A stretch of 62,921 nucleotides of DNA, the filler included, from Asterionella formosa (Eukaryota): NCBI GenBank assembly GCA_002256025.1. It is 5 parts of 5 records of this genome, joined end to end, with 100 filler letters (N's around TTAATTAATTAA, not from the genome) between each part and the next. Parts side by side here need not be neighbours in the genome. Positions count along the whole stretch, not along the records: positions 34,343 to 62,921 come from NKIB01001189.1; 4 more parts are not named here. One strand, given 5' to 3'. The first letter of the stretch is position 1; each line of letters starts with the position of its first letter. Under the pieces are notes generated by a model that was not told the origin of the DNA, made no database searches, and was given only the letters and a program-made list of their open reading frames with translations. The position numbers were made by a program, and so were the translations under genes. Shown in pieces: positions 37,199 to 49,789 of the stretch.

Positions 37199-37749
37199 TG
37201 TCATACCAGCTAAAGTTATGTGGTTTGGCTTATCAACCTCTCCAGTCCTCACTCTGATTCTTGCAACAACGACAAAGCAGCCATATCAAGTCGAGAAGAA
37301 TGAATGTTTGTGATAAAATCTTCATATGTCGTTCAAGTCATCATATGTTTTCCATGAATCATCATCTACAGTGCACAGTATGTTCGTATGTAATCCGTTA
37401 AGAGCTTGGAAAGAAATCCAATGAAAACGAAATGGCTCATCACACAAGACAAATATTTACGGACTGTCACCCCCAGAGCATCAATCAGTGTTACAACCTC
37501 AATCATAGCTAAACAACATCCATTATAGAACATCACAATCTACTTCTATGCTACACCGTCTCTCTAACGAGAACATAATACATTTAGAATTGAAACGCAG
37601 CATAGCAGGCGATATGTACAAAGAAGCATGAGACTGTCTTTGAATAGTAACAGAGTGATTCTGGTTTCGTAATTTTCGTGTCCCATCAGATTTCCTTTGT
37701 CATCGTACTAGTTCCTTACCTTTGACGACAGGAGCGTATTATTTGATGT

Positions 37750-38900
37750 ATCTAGAGTGGTTCAATGGATGGCAGCAGTTGGATTTAGATACAAACCTCG
37801 ACAAAAGCACTACTTTGTAGATGTTCATGAAAAGCCAAACACTTTGGCCGATCGCCCACCAGCCAGTCTATACTGCGAAAATGCAAGAAACACAAGTTAA
37901 AAGCCCATTTATGGATTCAAGTTTCAGTAGTGAAACAATGTTAAATATTAGAAGCCGGAAGTCACATTTCTTCTAATTACGGTTTTCATTAGTTATACTA
38001 GCTAGTATTGATTAAGAGGAAGCAATGGTAGAATGACAAACGGGCAGGGGCAAACAACACAGAGAAGCCTACTATTTTTTCTCTCTAATGATCACAGACC
38101 CTTCTTGGATATCCCTTGCTACAGAAAATGTAGAACAGCCGCCATGATCTGTTGATTGTTGCTTTATGGTGCCACTGACCAAAATCTCCTGGAATCTCAA
38201 TGAGTTGCTTGTTTCTTGACTTGAATGCCAAAGGGACGATCAAAACCAGTGGAAAAAGTAAAAGGGAACTAGTAATTCTCTGCAAACATCAGGACAATTG
38301 TGAAAGAGAAATGAAGGTTCTTGGGAGGAGAAGTAAAGGGATAATTGCTGCTGGTCTTGCGGGAGCAAGAATAGATTGACCCAAACAATGCTCTTGACAA
38401 ATAGGTACCTACTGGAAAAGGAAGCAATGCTTTTGGCATCATCAATCTATACACACGCCTGCGCCACCTGACGAAAATATAGCTACTACCTTGACTTCAT
38501 CAATGAAGAAGTCGATGGGCGGAGCATGTGAGCAAAATCGGGGTTGAGGTTTCTTGATGCCAATGTGCTTGGCTGAACTTGCAGATGAAGGCATGGAGTA
38601 ACCTGGGCCTGTGCAGCCAAAGGAAAAAGAAAAATCTATGACAAGGTTGTTGAGATAGTGTTTAGGAGCAAAAGTTATCATATCTGGACGCATTCAAAAA
38701 TTCGTATGGACAATATATGGTGGCAGACCATGGCTGCTCTTGGCTGACAGTGCGTTGCCAAGTCAAAGTCAATGTACAAACACAACAAGCAAGGGCGCAC
38801 AAAAAAGACGGTCCCATTTTAACCGACTGGCTGATACATTGTTTTGACACTCAACATTCTGAAATAGGGTGGACTTTGATCATTGCTTCGTTCGAACCAC
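37750..38900 (+). pseudogene. Decayed IS630/Tc1-mariner-like DDE transposase (YVDGHE / ELAGEGIE type)
   Basis: Frameshifted motifs in order: WMAAVGFRYKPRQKHYFVDVHEK, LLLVLREQE*ID, DFINEE, PMCLAELADEGME, GRIQKF..QYMVA, VDFDHCF. Confidence 0.7.
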
Positions 38901-39325
38901 AACCAATTCGAATGCTGTCCAGTGAAAAAATGAAAACAATTATGGCGAAAAAGCGCAGAACAGATCAAGAGATTTCATAGGAAATAAAATAACAGGGCAT
39001 ATATGATGCACTGCTCCTTGTTTAGACTATATTTGATCATTTCCATATTTCATATACAGGTGCATGGATGACTCCTCCCTTTCATTAGCTAGATATGCAG
39101 CCATGTTGCGATAATTCTACAAGACCTATAGGATTGGTAGTCTGGTGGTCATCATTTCCGCATTGTATATACCAGTAGGAGTCATGTATGCATGCATGCT
39201 TTGATAATTCTTACAAGACATAAAAATTTGGTAGCTTGGGGGTTATCAGTTCCATACTGTATACTGGGGGGGGGGGGGGTTGCAAGCATGAGCAACTACA
39301 CCGGTTAAAAANNNNNNNNNACCCC

Positions 39326-39384
<59 letters not shown>

Positions 39385-41699
39385 TTGCATGCATGAGCAA
39401 CTAATCCGGTATAAACTATGATCTTTAATCAATAAATTTAGATTTGTTTATCCTATACCTTTGATCATAACATATTGATCATATGATAAATGGTGTTGTT
39501 GATGAGAAAATGAAAGATCAAAATTTATTTTCAGGAATCAGGATTGATTGATCTTAGAAATGTGATCAAATGATCCTCAACACATGAGCATATTCAGAAT
39601 CCGCTTCACTATTGTGGTACTCCCATGATAGAAGTAGTATTACCCATCAAGTATAAAGTACTACCAGCAGGCTATATGAGTTTTTCGAATGTATATGGTC
39701 AATGTGTCTATATACATAAATGCATGATTTCCACCATTTGAAAAATTGGTGATGACTCCCGTTTATTAGGGGCTTAATGCATTAAATCAGCCACTGACTT
39801 GTAGGTACAAGAATTGACACAAGACAAATTGAAAAATTCAACAGGTCGTGGAAAGCTATGAATGCATCATGCATTGTATATATTTGAATTATGTATAATC
39901 AAAATTGATAGTATACACAGGATATGCCATGTAATGACTGTGTTTAAAACTATGCAAATGTTCAACTATATATACATTTCAATTTACAAATCTTTCAATA
40001 TATGTATTCATGACTGTAAAATTCGAAATCATGTTTTCATGTTCCTTGTCATGCATGCACCTTGATCCTGAAATGAGGGATCATCACACATAATGACGCA
40101 GAAAACGAAAGTGTTAATATAGGACAATGATACTTGCGGCTTAGAAGAGAAGGGTGGAATCAATTGATGGTAAGTCAAGAGCAAATGCCTTTCATGTTCC
40201 TTGTCATGCAAACACTTCCTGAAATGAAGGAGCTCAAGCAACACATGATGATGCAAAAAATTGAAGTGACAATACAACACGATGATACACCATGCGGCTA
40301 AGAAGGAGTGAATATGATAGAGAAGGGAGGAATCAACAAGCTGTGCATAGTATCACGGTTTATCAAGAGCAAATGCCAGGATGATAATTGTTTGGATTAC
40401 AAATACGGAATGACTCGCCCCTTTCAGTGATTCAATAGCTCCTTTTCGATTTGGTGATCAACCATCAATGCGGACAAAAGAAATATGTAAGTGCTATCAT
40501 CTTTGGATCAATACAGAACTGTTAGAAAAACTGACACATTTGTGTTGCTTCCTTCAGGATAATGGTAGACAAACAGTATTTGTAAGTTACAAACAGCAGT
40601 GTTGGAACCCATTTATTGACCGATACTTTCTCGTTTAATCTTCAACTGACACTCACATTATTTTACAGAAATTTGCATCAGTTACTTCCTCAATTTGTAG
40701 TAAGTGAAGATAGAAGCAAGATGCATCTTGTTGTGTAAGCAAAAAATGAACAGCTAACAATGAATTGATTCTCTTTGTTAGTATGATTGGGACAACGAAA
40801 CGGATTTAATAGTAATGGGAAAATGCGTGAATGCAAACTTAGATCAGTCAGGAATAAACGGAAATCAGGGGAACAAGGGTAAGAAGTCAACCAGTACTAC
40901 TACAACAAAATTCAGAATTGGATTGGGGGGAAGGTGGAAGTGAAAGCAGCACCAATCATTGCAATGAGAGCATTGTAGAACATTATGAAGCCACTCAAGA
41001 TATAGAAACATAAAACCATTCTTAAATATAGTTCTAAATTTCGATCCATTTCATCTTATTTTAGACTGTGATATCAATAAGAATTATGATCATGCCAAGA
41101 TAGATGTATGACAAAAGTATACACATCATAGGCCCATGTTTAACTATTTATATATGATGCAAAGGTATCATAACTATGATAGCATCATCATACTTCAAGC
41201 TTGGTAAAAGTTTACTGCATGATCATATTTTTGATTCAAAAACTATCATACATGTAAAAATCCTGTGCCACTTAGCGTACGATACCCTTGATCCTATATT
41301 CATGATAGTTTTTTTGCAGACGTTGGTGTGTTTCTAAAACGATATTCTGTTTTAAAGCACATTCAGACTCTCCTTTTTCAAGGAAAGTATTAATTGTGCT
41401 ACCTGCTCACAAGGCCTGTTCTTCCCTAGTTTTGTTTGCATAGGCAAATCCACAACCACCTTTTGCAAAAGGTGATTGTCTTAGCTGCAGCATTAGGGGA
41501 AACTCCTACCAACTAGGAAGGCGGCACATGCTGCTTGTAGGGGAGACAAAGCCACTATTTCTTGCACACCAGGCAAGACCGTGTGGGATGGTAAGGAGCG
41601 TGGGAGTCAAACCCAACAATTGCTTCCCAAAAAATTTGCGGGGATCAAACCGCAAAACTTCAGATCATAGGCAACATTCTCAAACAACTACCATAAGCC

Positions 41700-42300
41700 A
41701 TTCCTCCAGTTGGTGTTTTCTATTCTTTCTTGCGCCAGTTTTTTTATCACTTGAATGCCTTTGTTGTTAAACCTGTAATTGAGAATCAATAAACCACTCA
41801 TTATTACAATATCCTGACCTTCTTCAGTGCTTGCAAAAAATTGTGACACTTGATAGAACTGACAACATGCCCCAAGCCACAGGGATACCACCACATATTG
41901 ATCAATCACAGAAATTGAGTGAGGTTCTTCTACGAGTCACCCAGATAACATTAATGATGATGAATCAGATAGAGAGAGTCAAAGCTTCTGTAGTTCAAGA
42001 AATTAAAGATCCTGGATGGTGGTGTCATTTTAGTCGATTTTCTAAACAATCAGTTGAAAGGGCATCACAAACAACTTGAACAGGTTATTTGTGAACAGCT
42101 TCAACAAGTTGTAATATTTTGTCAGGTACCTCAACCAGTCCCTGAACAAGAACACCAACAAGGTCAAGAGAAGGGGATAGATCATCCTTTATATTGCTAC
42201 AATGGAAATTTTTGGCAGGCCCCAAGCTATGTAACTTTGCTAAAATATGATGCCATCATGGTTTCTGCTTTTGGGATGATTCAAATGATACAGGTGTAAG
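41700..42300 (+). pseudogene. Possible 3' remnant of a Crypton-like (tyrosine recombinase) DNA transposon ORF
   Basis: ATGIPPHI and LYCYNGNFWQAP resemble C-terminal motifs of stramenopile Crypton ORFs (from recall); no catalytic residues seen. Confidence 0.45.
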
Positions 42301-42532
42301 TCATACACATGTCAATATGTAGGAGCTATTGTTATAGTTGGACTCTTCTCCTTCCTAATGCTATACTTATGCACAACGAAAGGACACACGAAATTCGGGG
42401 AAAAGTCGATTCACAAAGTTTCAAAAACTAGTGTATATGTATATACAGAAATGACTACCGGTACATGCTTCTGGCTTTTCGAGCGATGTGTATGTCTCTC
42501 TGGCCCTCACAATTCATTCTCCGGATCCAGTT

Positions 42533-43066
42533 TCAACTACGTTTCTCTGCATGATGGACATCACTACTTTTGACTACCATTTCTTCCATGCCATCCGTCA
42601 GTGCAGATATTTCCTGATCTTGCAACGGCGCAGTGATTCGTTCTAAGAGTTCTGTTTGTATACTAGCCGGCGGTCTTGCAGCACGTAGCTCGCCGGGTCG
42701 GTCGACGTACTCCATGACAGCCATATCGGCACCGTCACCCTTCCTCTTCTGTGCCAGTTTGAGAATTCGAGTGTATCCACCGTCTCTCTTTTCATATCGC
42801 GGTCCAAGAACCTCGAATAACTTAGTGAGGACCGCCTTTTCTTGAACAATCTTGTCTGCCAATCGAATTCCGTGAAGTGGATCCTTGTGCTTGGCAAAGG
42901 TGACGACCTTATCAGCCCAATGCCTCAGTTCCTTTGCTTTCGGTACTGTGGTGACAATTCTCTCGTGCTTGATCAAGGAAGTCACCATGTTCTTCAACAT
43001 GGCCATCTTGTGCGAAGTCTTACGGCCCAATTTGCTGAATGCAACGCTACCTTTTCGGATCCCCAT
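42533..43066 (-). CDS. rplQ: Ribosomal protein L17 (bL17), probably mitochondrial
   Basis: KLGRKTSHKMAMLKNMVTSLIKHERIVTTVPKAKELR and GPRY..RDGGYTRILK..RKGDGADMAVMEYVD. Confidence 0.95.
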   Translation of the reverse strand: MGIRKGSVAFSKLGRKTSHKMAMLKNMVTSLIKHERIVTTVPKAKELRHWADKVVTFAKHKDPLHGIRLADKIVQEKAVLTKLFEVLGPRYEKRDGGYTRILKLAQKRKGDGADMAVMEYVDRPGELRAARPPASIQTELLERITAPLQDQEISALTDGMEEMVVKSSDVHHAEKRS

Positions 43067-43599
43067 GGTTTTTAGTTAATGTCAATGCGATAGCACTCCT
43101 GATGCCGAGGATGATGATACTCGCGGCCTCAACTATTGCGGTGTGATGAAGCTTATGATGGCTGGTGGTGCTGCGGCGGTTGAAACTATTTTTGTGACGA
43201 GAGCAGGCATCGTCAATCACTGGTTATTATCAGCGCATAAGACGGCTCGTACTTCGAAGGGAAATTTAGCTATGATAACTTTCTCTTTTACCGCAATTTG
43301 CAAGATACACAGGTACGACGTTCCACCTATTTTTGTCCTCTCTACTGCTTTGTACACGGGTGTTAACAGGTACTCGGAGTACCAGGTACGGTACCGTCTA
43401 TAGATTAGCAAACACACTTCGTGGTACCGGGGTGACCTGGTACCTGGTACCTGGTCTCCATGTGAAATGTGATGTACCGGTACATACTTAAGCCATTTTG
43501 TTGACTTGTTCCAAGGGTACCGATACGAACACCACCAATACATGATGATGATATTACCGGTGCTCTCTTCGACGGAATCATCCAGAAAAATCAAGGACC

Positions 43600-44892
43600 A
43601 TGGAACAACGAATGAAAGAAAAACTGAACCGTAGGATACAGGAAGGCTCGCTCCGTCAGCCAATACCGAAAGAGCAACTTCAAAGAAGCAGATCCTTTTT
43701 TTCCGATTTTTCCAGTAACGACTACTTAGGACTTGCTCAAGACACTGGTCAGCAAGAAAGGGTAAACAAATTATACGAGCTATGGAAGAGGCAAGGTCGG
43801 TCGACATTGGGGGCATCAGGCTCGCGATTGCTTTCTGGAGATTCACTTGAATGCAGAGAGTTGGAAGATTGGTTGGCCAAAATACATAATCGACCGTCTG
43901 CAACGCTTTTTAACAGTGGATACGATGCTAATCTTTCAGTTTTGTCTTGTTTGCTACAACCAGAAGATGTTGTAATACTCGACGAACTCTGTCATAACAG
44001 CCTTGTTATGGGTGTACTTATGAGTAGACAACGGGAATACAAAACATTTCAACACAACAACGTCCTTGATTTGAGAATGCAACTAAAGACTTTAGTTTGC
44101 AAGGGGAGAGTGCTGATTGTAGTTGAGAGCCTCTACAGTATGGACGGCGACATTGCTCCCCTTCGAGATATACTAGACCTTGCAAAGGAATATGGATCCG
44201 AGGTTATCGTTGACGAAGCTCACGGCCTTGGTTTGTATGGCAAGACAAACACAGCAAACCTCGCGTTAGTACGAATTAAACCGAAAACGGAATTATGTCA
44301 TATCAATGGAGGAACCGGTGTCTTAGCCGCATTGGAGCTGGAGTCTCATCGTAGCCTTTTATGCACTATCTACACATTTGGGAAGGCAATGGGCTGTCAT
44401 GGTGCCATTGTTTGTGGATCAACAACACTGAGAGACTACCTATGGAACTATGCACGTCCGTTCATCTATTCGACAGCTTTGCCTACACACTCCTTAATCA
44501 GTATTCGATCAGCCTATGAATCCATGACTGGACCTGAAGGAAAAATCCGCCGCAACTTGGTCTTTTCTAATGTCAAACTCTTTCGATCCCAACTGCTTCA
44601 TGCACTTCCCTCCATTGGCAAGGTCAGATTGCTGTTCAGTCAATCGCCGATACAAGCACTTGTTATCCCTGGGAATGATGAGTGTATTAACTTTTGTCGA
44701 AGAATGCAACAAGAATACAGGATTCAACTTTTCCCGATTCGAGCACCAACCGTCCCGAAAGGAGAGGAACGAGTGCGCATCATTTTGCATGCTCACAATA
44801 CACACAAAGAAGTGCTTATGCTTACCAAGATCCTCCTATTGACGCTTTACTCCATGGGGTTGCTGGAGTATAGTTCCCACTCCAAGCTCTAA
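43600..44892 (+). CDS. bioF: 8-amino-7-oxononanoate synthase (biotin synthesis), intronless
   Basis: DFSSNDYLGL, GASGSRLLSG, FNSGYDAN, HNS, ESLYSMDGD, DEAHG, PLP lysine TFGKA, IRAPTVPKG..RVRI. Confidence 0.93.
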   Translation: MEQRMKEKLNRRIQEGSLRQPIPKEQLQRSRSFFSDFSSNDYLGLAQDTGQQERVNKLYELWKRQGRSTLGASGSRLLSGDSLECRELEDWLAKIHNRPSATLFNSGYDANLSVLSCLLQPEDVVILDELCHNSLVMGVLMSRQREYKTFQHNNVLDLRMQLKTLVCKGRVLIVVESLYSMDGDIAPLRDILDLAKEYGSEVIVDEAHGLGLYGKTNTANLALVRIKPKTELCHINGGTGVLAALELESHRSLLCTIYTFGKAMGCHGAIVCGSTTLRDYLWNYARPFIYSTALPTHSLISIRSAYESMTGPEGKIRRNLVFSNVKLFRSQLLHALPSIGKVRLLFSQSPIQALVIPGNDECINFCRRMQQEYRIQLFPIRAPTVPKGEERVRIILHAHNTHKEVLMLTKILLLTLYSMGLLEYSSHSKL

Positions 44893-45159
44893 ACACTCTG
44901 TTATGTAAACTTTTTACATGATCAACTATATTGGTACTGGTACAAGCACCTCGCCCAGACATTATCATGGTTTAGACATTTTTTAGGGGTGTTGATGTGT
45001 ATGGTTTTGATATAATGTGAGCGTAAATGTCAATATAATATTTATCTAGACCTAATTTGTGAGCTAGTTATTGATGTGTCCATTCATTTCGTGGGCCCAA
45101 GCAATTCCAACTTATGGATATCTTCAATGTGTACTATAAGATTGAATTTATCTTTTTTC

Positions 45160-46048
45160 CTATGTAAGGCATGATATTTGAACCAAATGGGCGATATCCA
45201 TGACGGTCGTGGTCGGGGCGGTCAAGTGCAAGGTGCGCAATTGCTCGGGGGTGGTTACGTGATTGTGCAATGCGTCGTGATTTGGGATGGTGGTGGTGAC
45301 AGTGGCCAGTTCCTGTTTGGCATCGAAGGCAACAGGCTGGGCAATCGAGCCAAGACCAAGGAGGGCAACATATGCTGTATCCGATTGTGGCCAGGTGCTG
45401 CCGGTGAGAATGCTGAGTTGGTGACAGACGTGGACTTTGTGGTCGAGTGCGCCAGTCATCGCATGGATACTGAAAGGAGTGTTTGTGAGTACTAGGGCTT
45501 GACTGATTTCTGGCATGGTTGCTCTATTGATCATGTTTGCGAAGTGGTGAAACTCGGTTGTAAGGTGGGTTCGGGTTGCGAGAATATCTTTATAATACAT
45601 CTTCCAGGTGTTTGCTAGAAAGATTCATGTTGTTAGTTTTGGTTTGATTTAGACTATAAATTGTGAAAGGCTTGGCGATGCTTTTAGACTGCTTCTTGGA
45701 ATCGTTATTCAAAGAATTATGCGCTTTGCCCCTCTTACTATTTCACTGAAGATAACCTCGCGTGGTTGCTCTTGTGTTCCCTTGTCTTAGCTGCCGACTC
45801 TTGGTTGTTCGATTCAACTCTAATAGCTAGAACTTCATAGTTGCGTTGTCACTATATTAATGCCTCTGCTTCGACTCCTTCGATTCGATTGCGAGTTTAT
45901 TTGTAGTAGGGGCTTGCTTCTTTGCATGGCCCTATTGCGTCCGTCCTTGTCTGTAATATAAAATGCAGACGAGCGGCGCGAGAAATATCTTGACCGGTCA
46001 TTCCAGGGCAGTACTGGAGCGCTAGAGTAGGCGCCATACATTTTAACA
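45160..46048 (-). mobile_element. Second, 3'-truncated copy of the 34.3-35.8 kb element
   Basis: Shared TEFHHFA, LDHKVH and AYVALLGLGSIAQPV motifs and a shared leader. Confidence 0.75.
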
Positions 46049-46703
46049 GTCTCATTTACCCGGTACCCATCCTCCATGCATTTTTACAGGTCCAGGTCCC
46101 CGTGTTGAAATACCACATTCAGTAAGAAGTTAAACCTGATACCAGGTCGTAACTGGAACTGATAGCCCTTACCTACTCCATATCTCCTTTTTACAATTCC
46201 GTTATGATGATCATTGGTTTTGTGTACGTAGACATATCAATACACAGTTATATCTTTATCTACCGGTACTTGGTAACCGGTACTCTACCGGTATAATAAG
46301 AAATCAGCTGAGTATTGCTGTTACCTAGGGACAATTTCTAGTTGCTATGTTTGTAATCACATACACACTATCTTCCTACACAGCAAGAATTAAATGCCAA
46401 GGATACTGTTGTGCTGTTTGTTATTGCGTTTTTTCATTGTTGCTATGTAGCGAATGTTAAAATGAATGATCGCTCGTGGAAATATTGTTATGCTATCTTC
46501 ATGAATGAAGTTATTTGCAAGGACTGCCGCATGATCGCGCTGGTCAGGATAATATTCTTCCGTTACTGTACGTAAGTTCCGAGTGCATCTCTAGTACTCG
46601 CCAAAACCCCGCAACGAAATCTTCGTTATTCTCATTTCTTGCAGCTGGCTGCTGGTTCATTGACTCAATAAACTTGAACTTCTAGTCTATTGCTCTGTTC
46701 ACC

Positions 46704-48862
46704 ATGTAAGAACAATGAAGCCCTGTTTGGAGGGACAGATTAACTGGAGATGCTCTGTGATTGCGTAGAAGCAGTTTGCGTTTTGAGTATGCTTGAAGCG
46801 ACGTCGTTGGTTTTCTTCTAAGGATGTGTTTCAGGTCTTGGCGGGACGCATCCTGTCATGCTTGTTTCGGCAACTAATATACATTTTCCTTTCTTCCTCA
46901 CTGTTTCAGGGTTTCATTTCGCAAAAAGAAGGACAAGGATGCCGTTGATCCAAAGGCTAAGGCCGCTGACACCAAGAAGACCGAGGAGGTGAGTGTTTTG
47001 TGAACGTTGTTGGTGAGGGGCCCGCAGAACCGTTTCTCGTATACATTCTACGCGGAGTGAGTGCACCAATGCTTTTTGCTTCCATATATGGATCGAAGCT
47101 TTGGTTATCCGCCTGAAATCGCCGATCATCTACTATTATATTAAGACTTCATCAACGAGTCATTATCATTGGGAATAGTTGGGTGGGTCAAGGGTCTAAC
47201 TTCGAGCTCGTGAAGGCCTTCCTATTGTGAAGTAATAGACGACGATGCATTTTTTCACGCTATACTTATTTGCCCTCCTCGCCCTTTTTATTTCTATTTC
47301 AGAAACCCAAAACTTCCACCCCCACAAAGCCCCCTACCCTCGATGACATTCCCGAGCTTGTTGAGACTATGATGAATGAAAAGGGAGAGAAGAGCGCTGC
47401 TGCGACCAAACGTATCTATGAGCTATGCGACGTTGGCCACAAGCAGAATCGCGTCCCGATGGTCTGCTCCGGAAAGTGGGATGTTCTTACCCCTCTTGCC
47501 AAGTGTTTGACACAAGAAAGTGGAGATGGTCGGCATCTTGCTTGCCTCGCCTTGAACAACCTTTCAATTCCTACCGAGAACAAGCGCGTCATGGCTCTCG
47601 GACCAGCATCGAAGGCTGTTATTGGAGGACTTTGTAAGGTGATCGCCGAAGACAAACAGGAATCTTACTTGTGTTGCATCTGTTTGATGAATCTTTCGTT
47701 CCTGGAGGCGAGTATTACCACAATCTTGCAGCACTCCCCTGTGGCCTCCGGAAAGGAGGCTGTTGCTCCACTCTCAAATCCCAGCTCACTTCTTCGAGTG
47801 CTGGAGAAGCTCCTCACCAACTCACCAGCAAACCCAAAATCTGGATCTGGCAAATCGGAAGGTGTGCGTTGGGCCTGTGGTTTGATCAAGAATTTGGCTA
47901 AGGCCGAAGAGAACGCAGCTCTCATTGGACAGACCGATATCCCAAAGTGTGTTGTCGAGAACATTCGTGCGACTTCTTCTCCTCCTGCACGATGGACCTC
48001 GAACAGTCTCGAGGACTTCTCCCTTTTCGTTGTTCTCAACCTTGCTCAGTGGCCTGTTGCCAATGATGCACTGATCAAGGCTGGTGCCGTCGATGTTGTC
48101 AAGCCAATCATGGCTGAAGGCGATCTCCAGGGATTGAAGGCTACCATGGCATGCGCTTTTCTCAATGCTACTTGGGATTCATTCCCCGACGGTGGAGCTC
48201 CTGCTGGAAAGAATGTGTCCGAACTCATGACTAACATTGTCGAGAAGAAGGGCAAGGATGGACAATACGCTTACGGTGTCTTTAAGCTTTACACTGCCAC
48301 TAAGGCCTACCGCGACCTCGCTGTCGCTGCTAGCGAAGCAGATGCTTCCGGCTCCGTTTCTAACAGCAAGACTCTTGCTGTTCCTTCCGCTGTTGCTTTG
48401 AACTTTCAGATTGTTTCTGATCTAGTTCTTTCCGCTATGGATGACGCCGAGGGTGGCTCGAAATACGTTCCTGATGCTATGTCAGCAGAGCATGCTGTTG
48501 GTGCCATCCACGCCATGCTTCCCGCTATCCTTCAAGCCGGTGAACCACCCCGCAAGTCACTCCAATCCGAGAAGGCCTGTGGTGAGATCAGTCAAATGCT
48601 TCTTACTTATTCCGAAATCTCGGGGACTTCTGCAGAAGCCAAGACTTTGGCAAAGGCAGCCTCTGAACAAGTTGCTTCTGCCTCTGGCACTGCACGCCCT
48701 ATCCTTGAGATCAGTCATGATTTGTGGACTCAATACAGAAAGCGTGAGGGGCAACCTCTTGATCAATTCATCTCCCAAGAACGCGGTGTCGAGGTAGATG
48801 AGTCTGGTCCTCTTGACTTTTTGCCATGCGCTAAGAGCGATGGCAGCTGTATTATTCTTTAG
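46704..48862 (+). CDS. ARM-like helical-repeat protein with C-terminal CaaX (CIIL); exons 46704-46705, 46910-46988, 47303-48862
   Basis: ACLALNNLS, CICLMNLS, ACGLIKNLA and VVLNLA repeats; long open ORF; canonical introns give AT|G GTT TCA TTT CGC (MVSFRKKK..EE|KPKT). Confidence 0.8.
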
Positions 48863-49789
48863 ATCTCACTTCGTTTCCGTAATTTGAAATCATATGGGGT
48901 CACTACAGACAGAGTGGGACTGCTGAATTTTTTGTAGTGTTCGCCGTCGTTGGGTGTGGTAGTGAGAGGAGGATCTCGGAAAGGAATGGTTTGTTTTATT
49001 CCCAGTGCGACTTATCATTCCTCTATTTTTATATTAACAGGACAAATAATGGAATTTACTTATTTCGTAGACGTGATAGCGACATTAACGACATGTGAAT
49101 TAACGAAATTTTCACGTACAATTCAGTTGACATTTACTATTGACAAAAATAGAAAAAATACTCACAAAGATGCCCACAAAATATTATAATGCCGATGCTT
49201 CAAGAAAAAATTCGCCCAACATTCCGCCCCTAACTTGTTAGCTGGTTCAAGAGGTTGAAGATTCTTCTTATCCCTATGTACACAATTGGTATTTACACTC
49301 GAATAATCCATACAAGCTTCTTTGGTCAACGCTTCAACAATGCGAGCAAATTGAAATTAAGCTTCTTTGCTGTTGAGTTGTTGGATTCAGCACTCTCAAT
49401 TTACGTCTTTGGCTATGAATCCTTCCAAGAGTTATCAGACTTGGATGAAACAGTTGATGCATGCTTGTGTTCAGTATCCACACTATTAACCAACCCAACA
49501 AGCATGTCTTTAACACTAATCCCCAAAATTAGGAGTTCCAGACTCAAGGATTTGAAATGAATAACCAGTGATGGGATCGACACCCATGTGTTGGAGAAAT
49601 TATTTTAGGAAAGAAAAATCCCGGTATGAATTACCTACTTCATATTGAATCAAATGAGCCAAAAAGAATATAGTACCAGAGAAGACCTAGAATTCGAAAA
49701 CCATCTACATCACCAGTAAAAAACCCATAACTTTATTAAAACTCTTAGGAATGACTACAATCGATTACTGCAACATTGTTGTTCATATC

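Noticed and set aside
39265..39415. Poly-G / N / poly-C tracts (poly-Pro/Gly ORFs, G-quadruplex-like) with a duplicated ~30 bp flank
   Set aside because: Spans an N gap and long homopolymers; likely a sequencing or assembly artefact
43217..43903. 228 aa minus-strand ORF overlapping bioF
   Set aside because: Antisense to bioF and its promoter, non-ATG start, no recognisable domain
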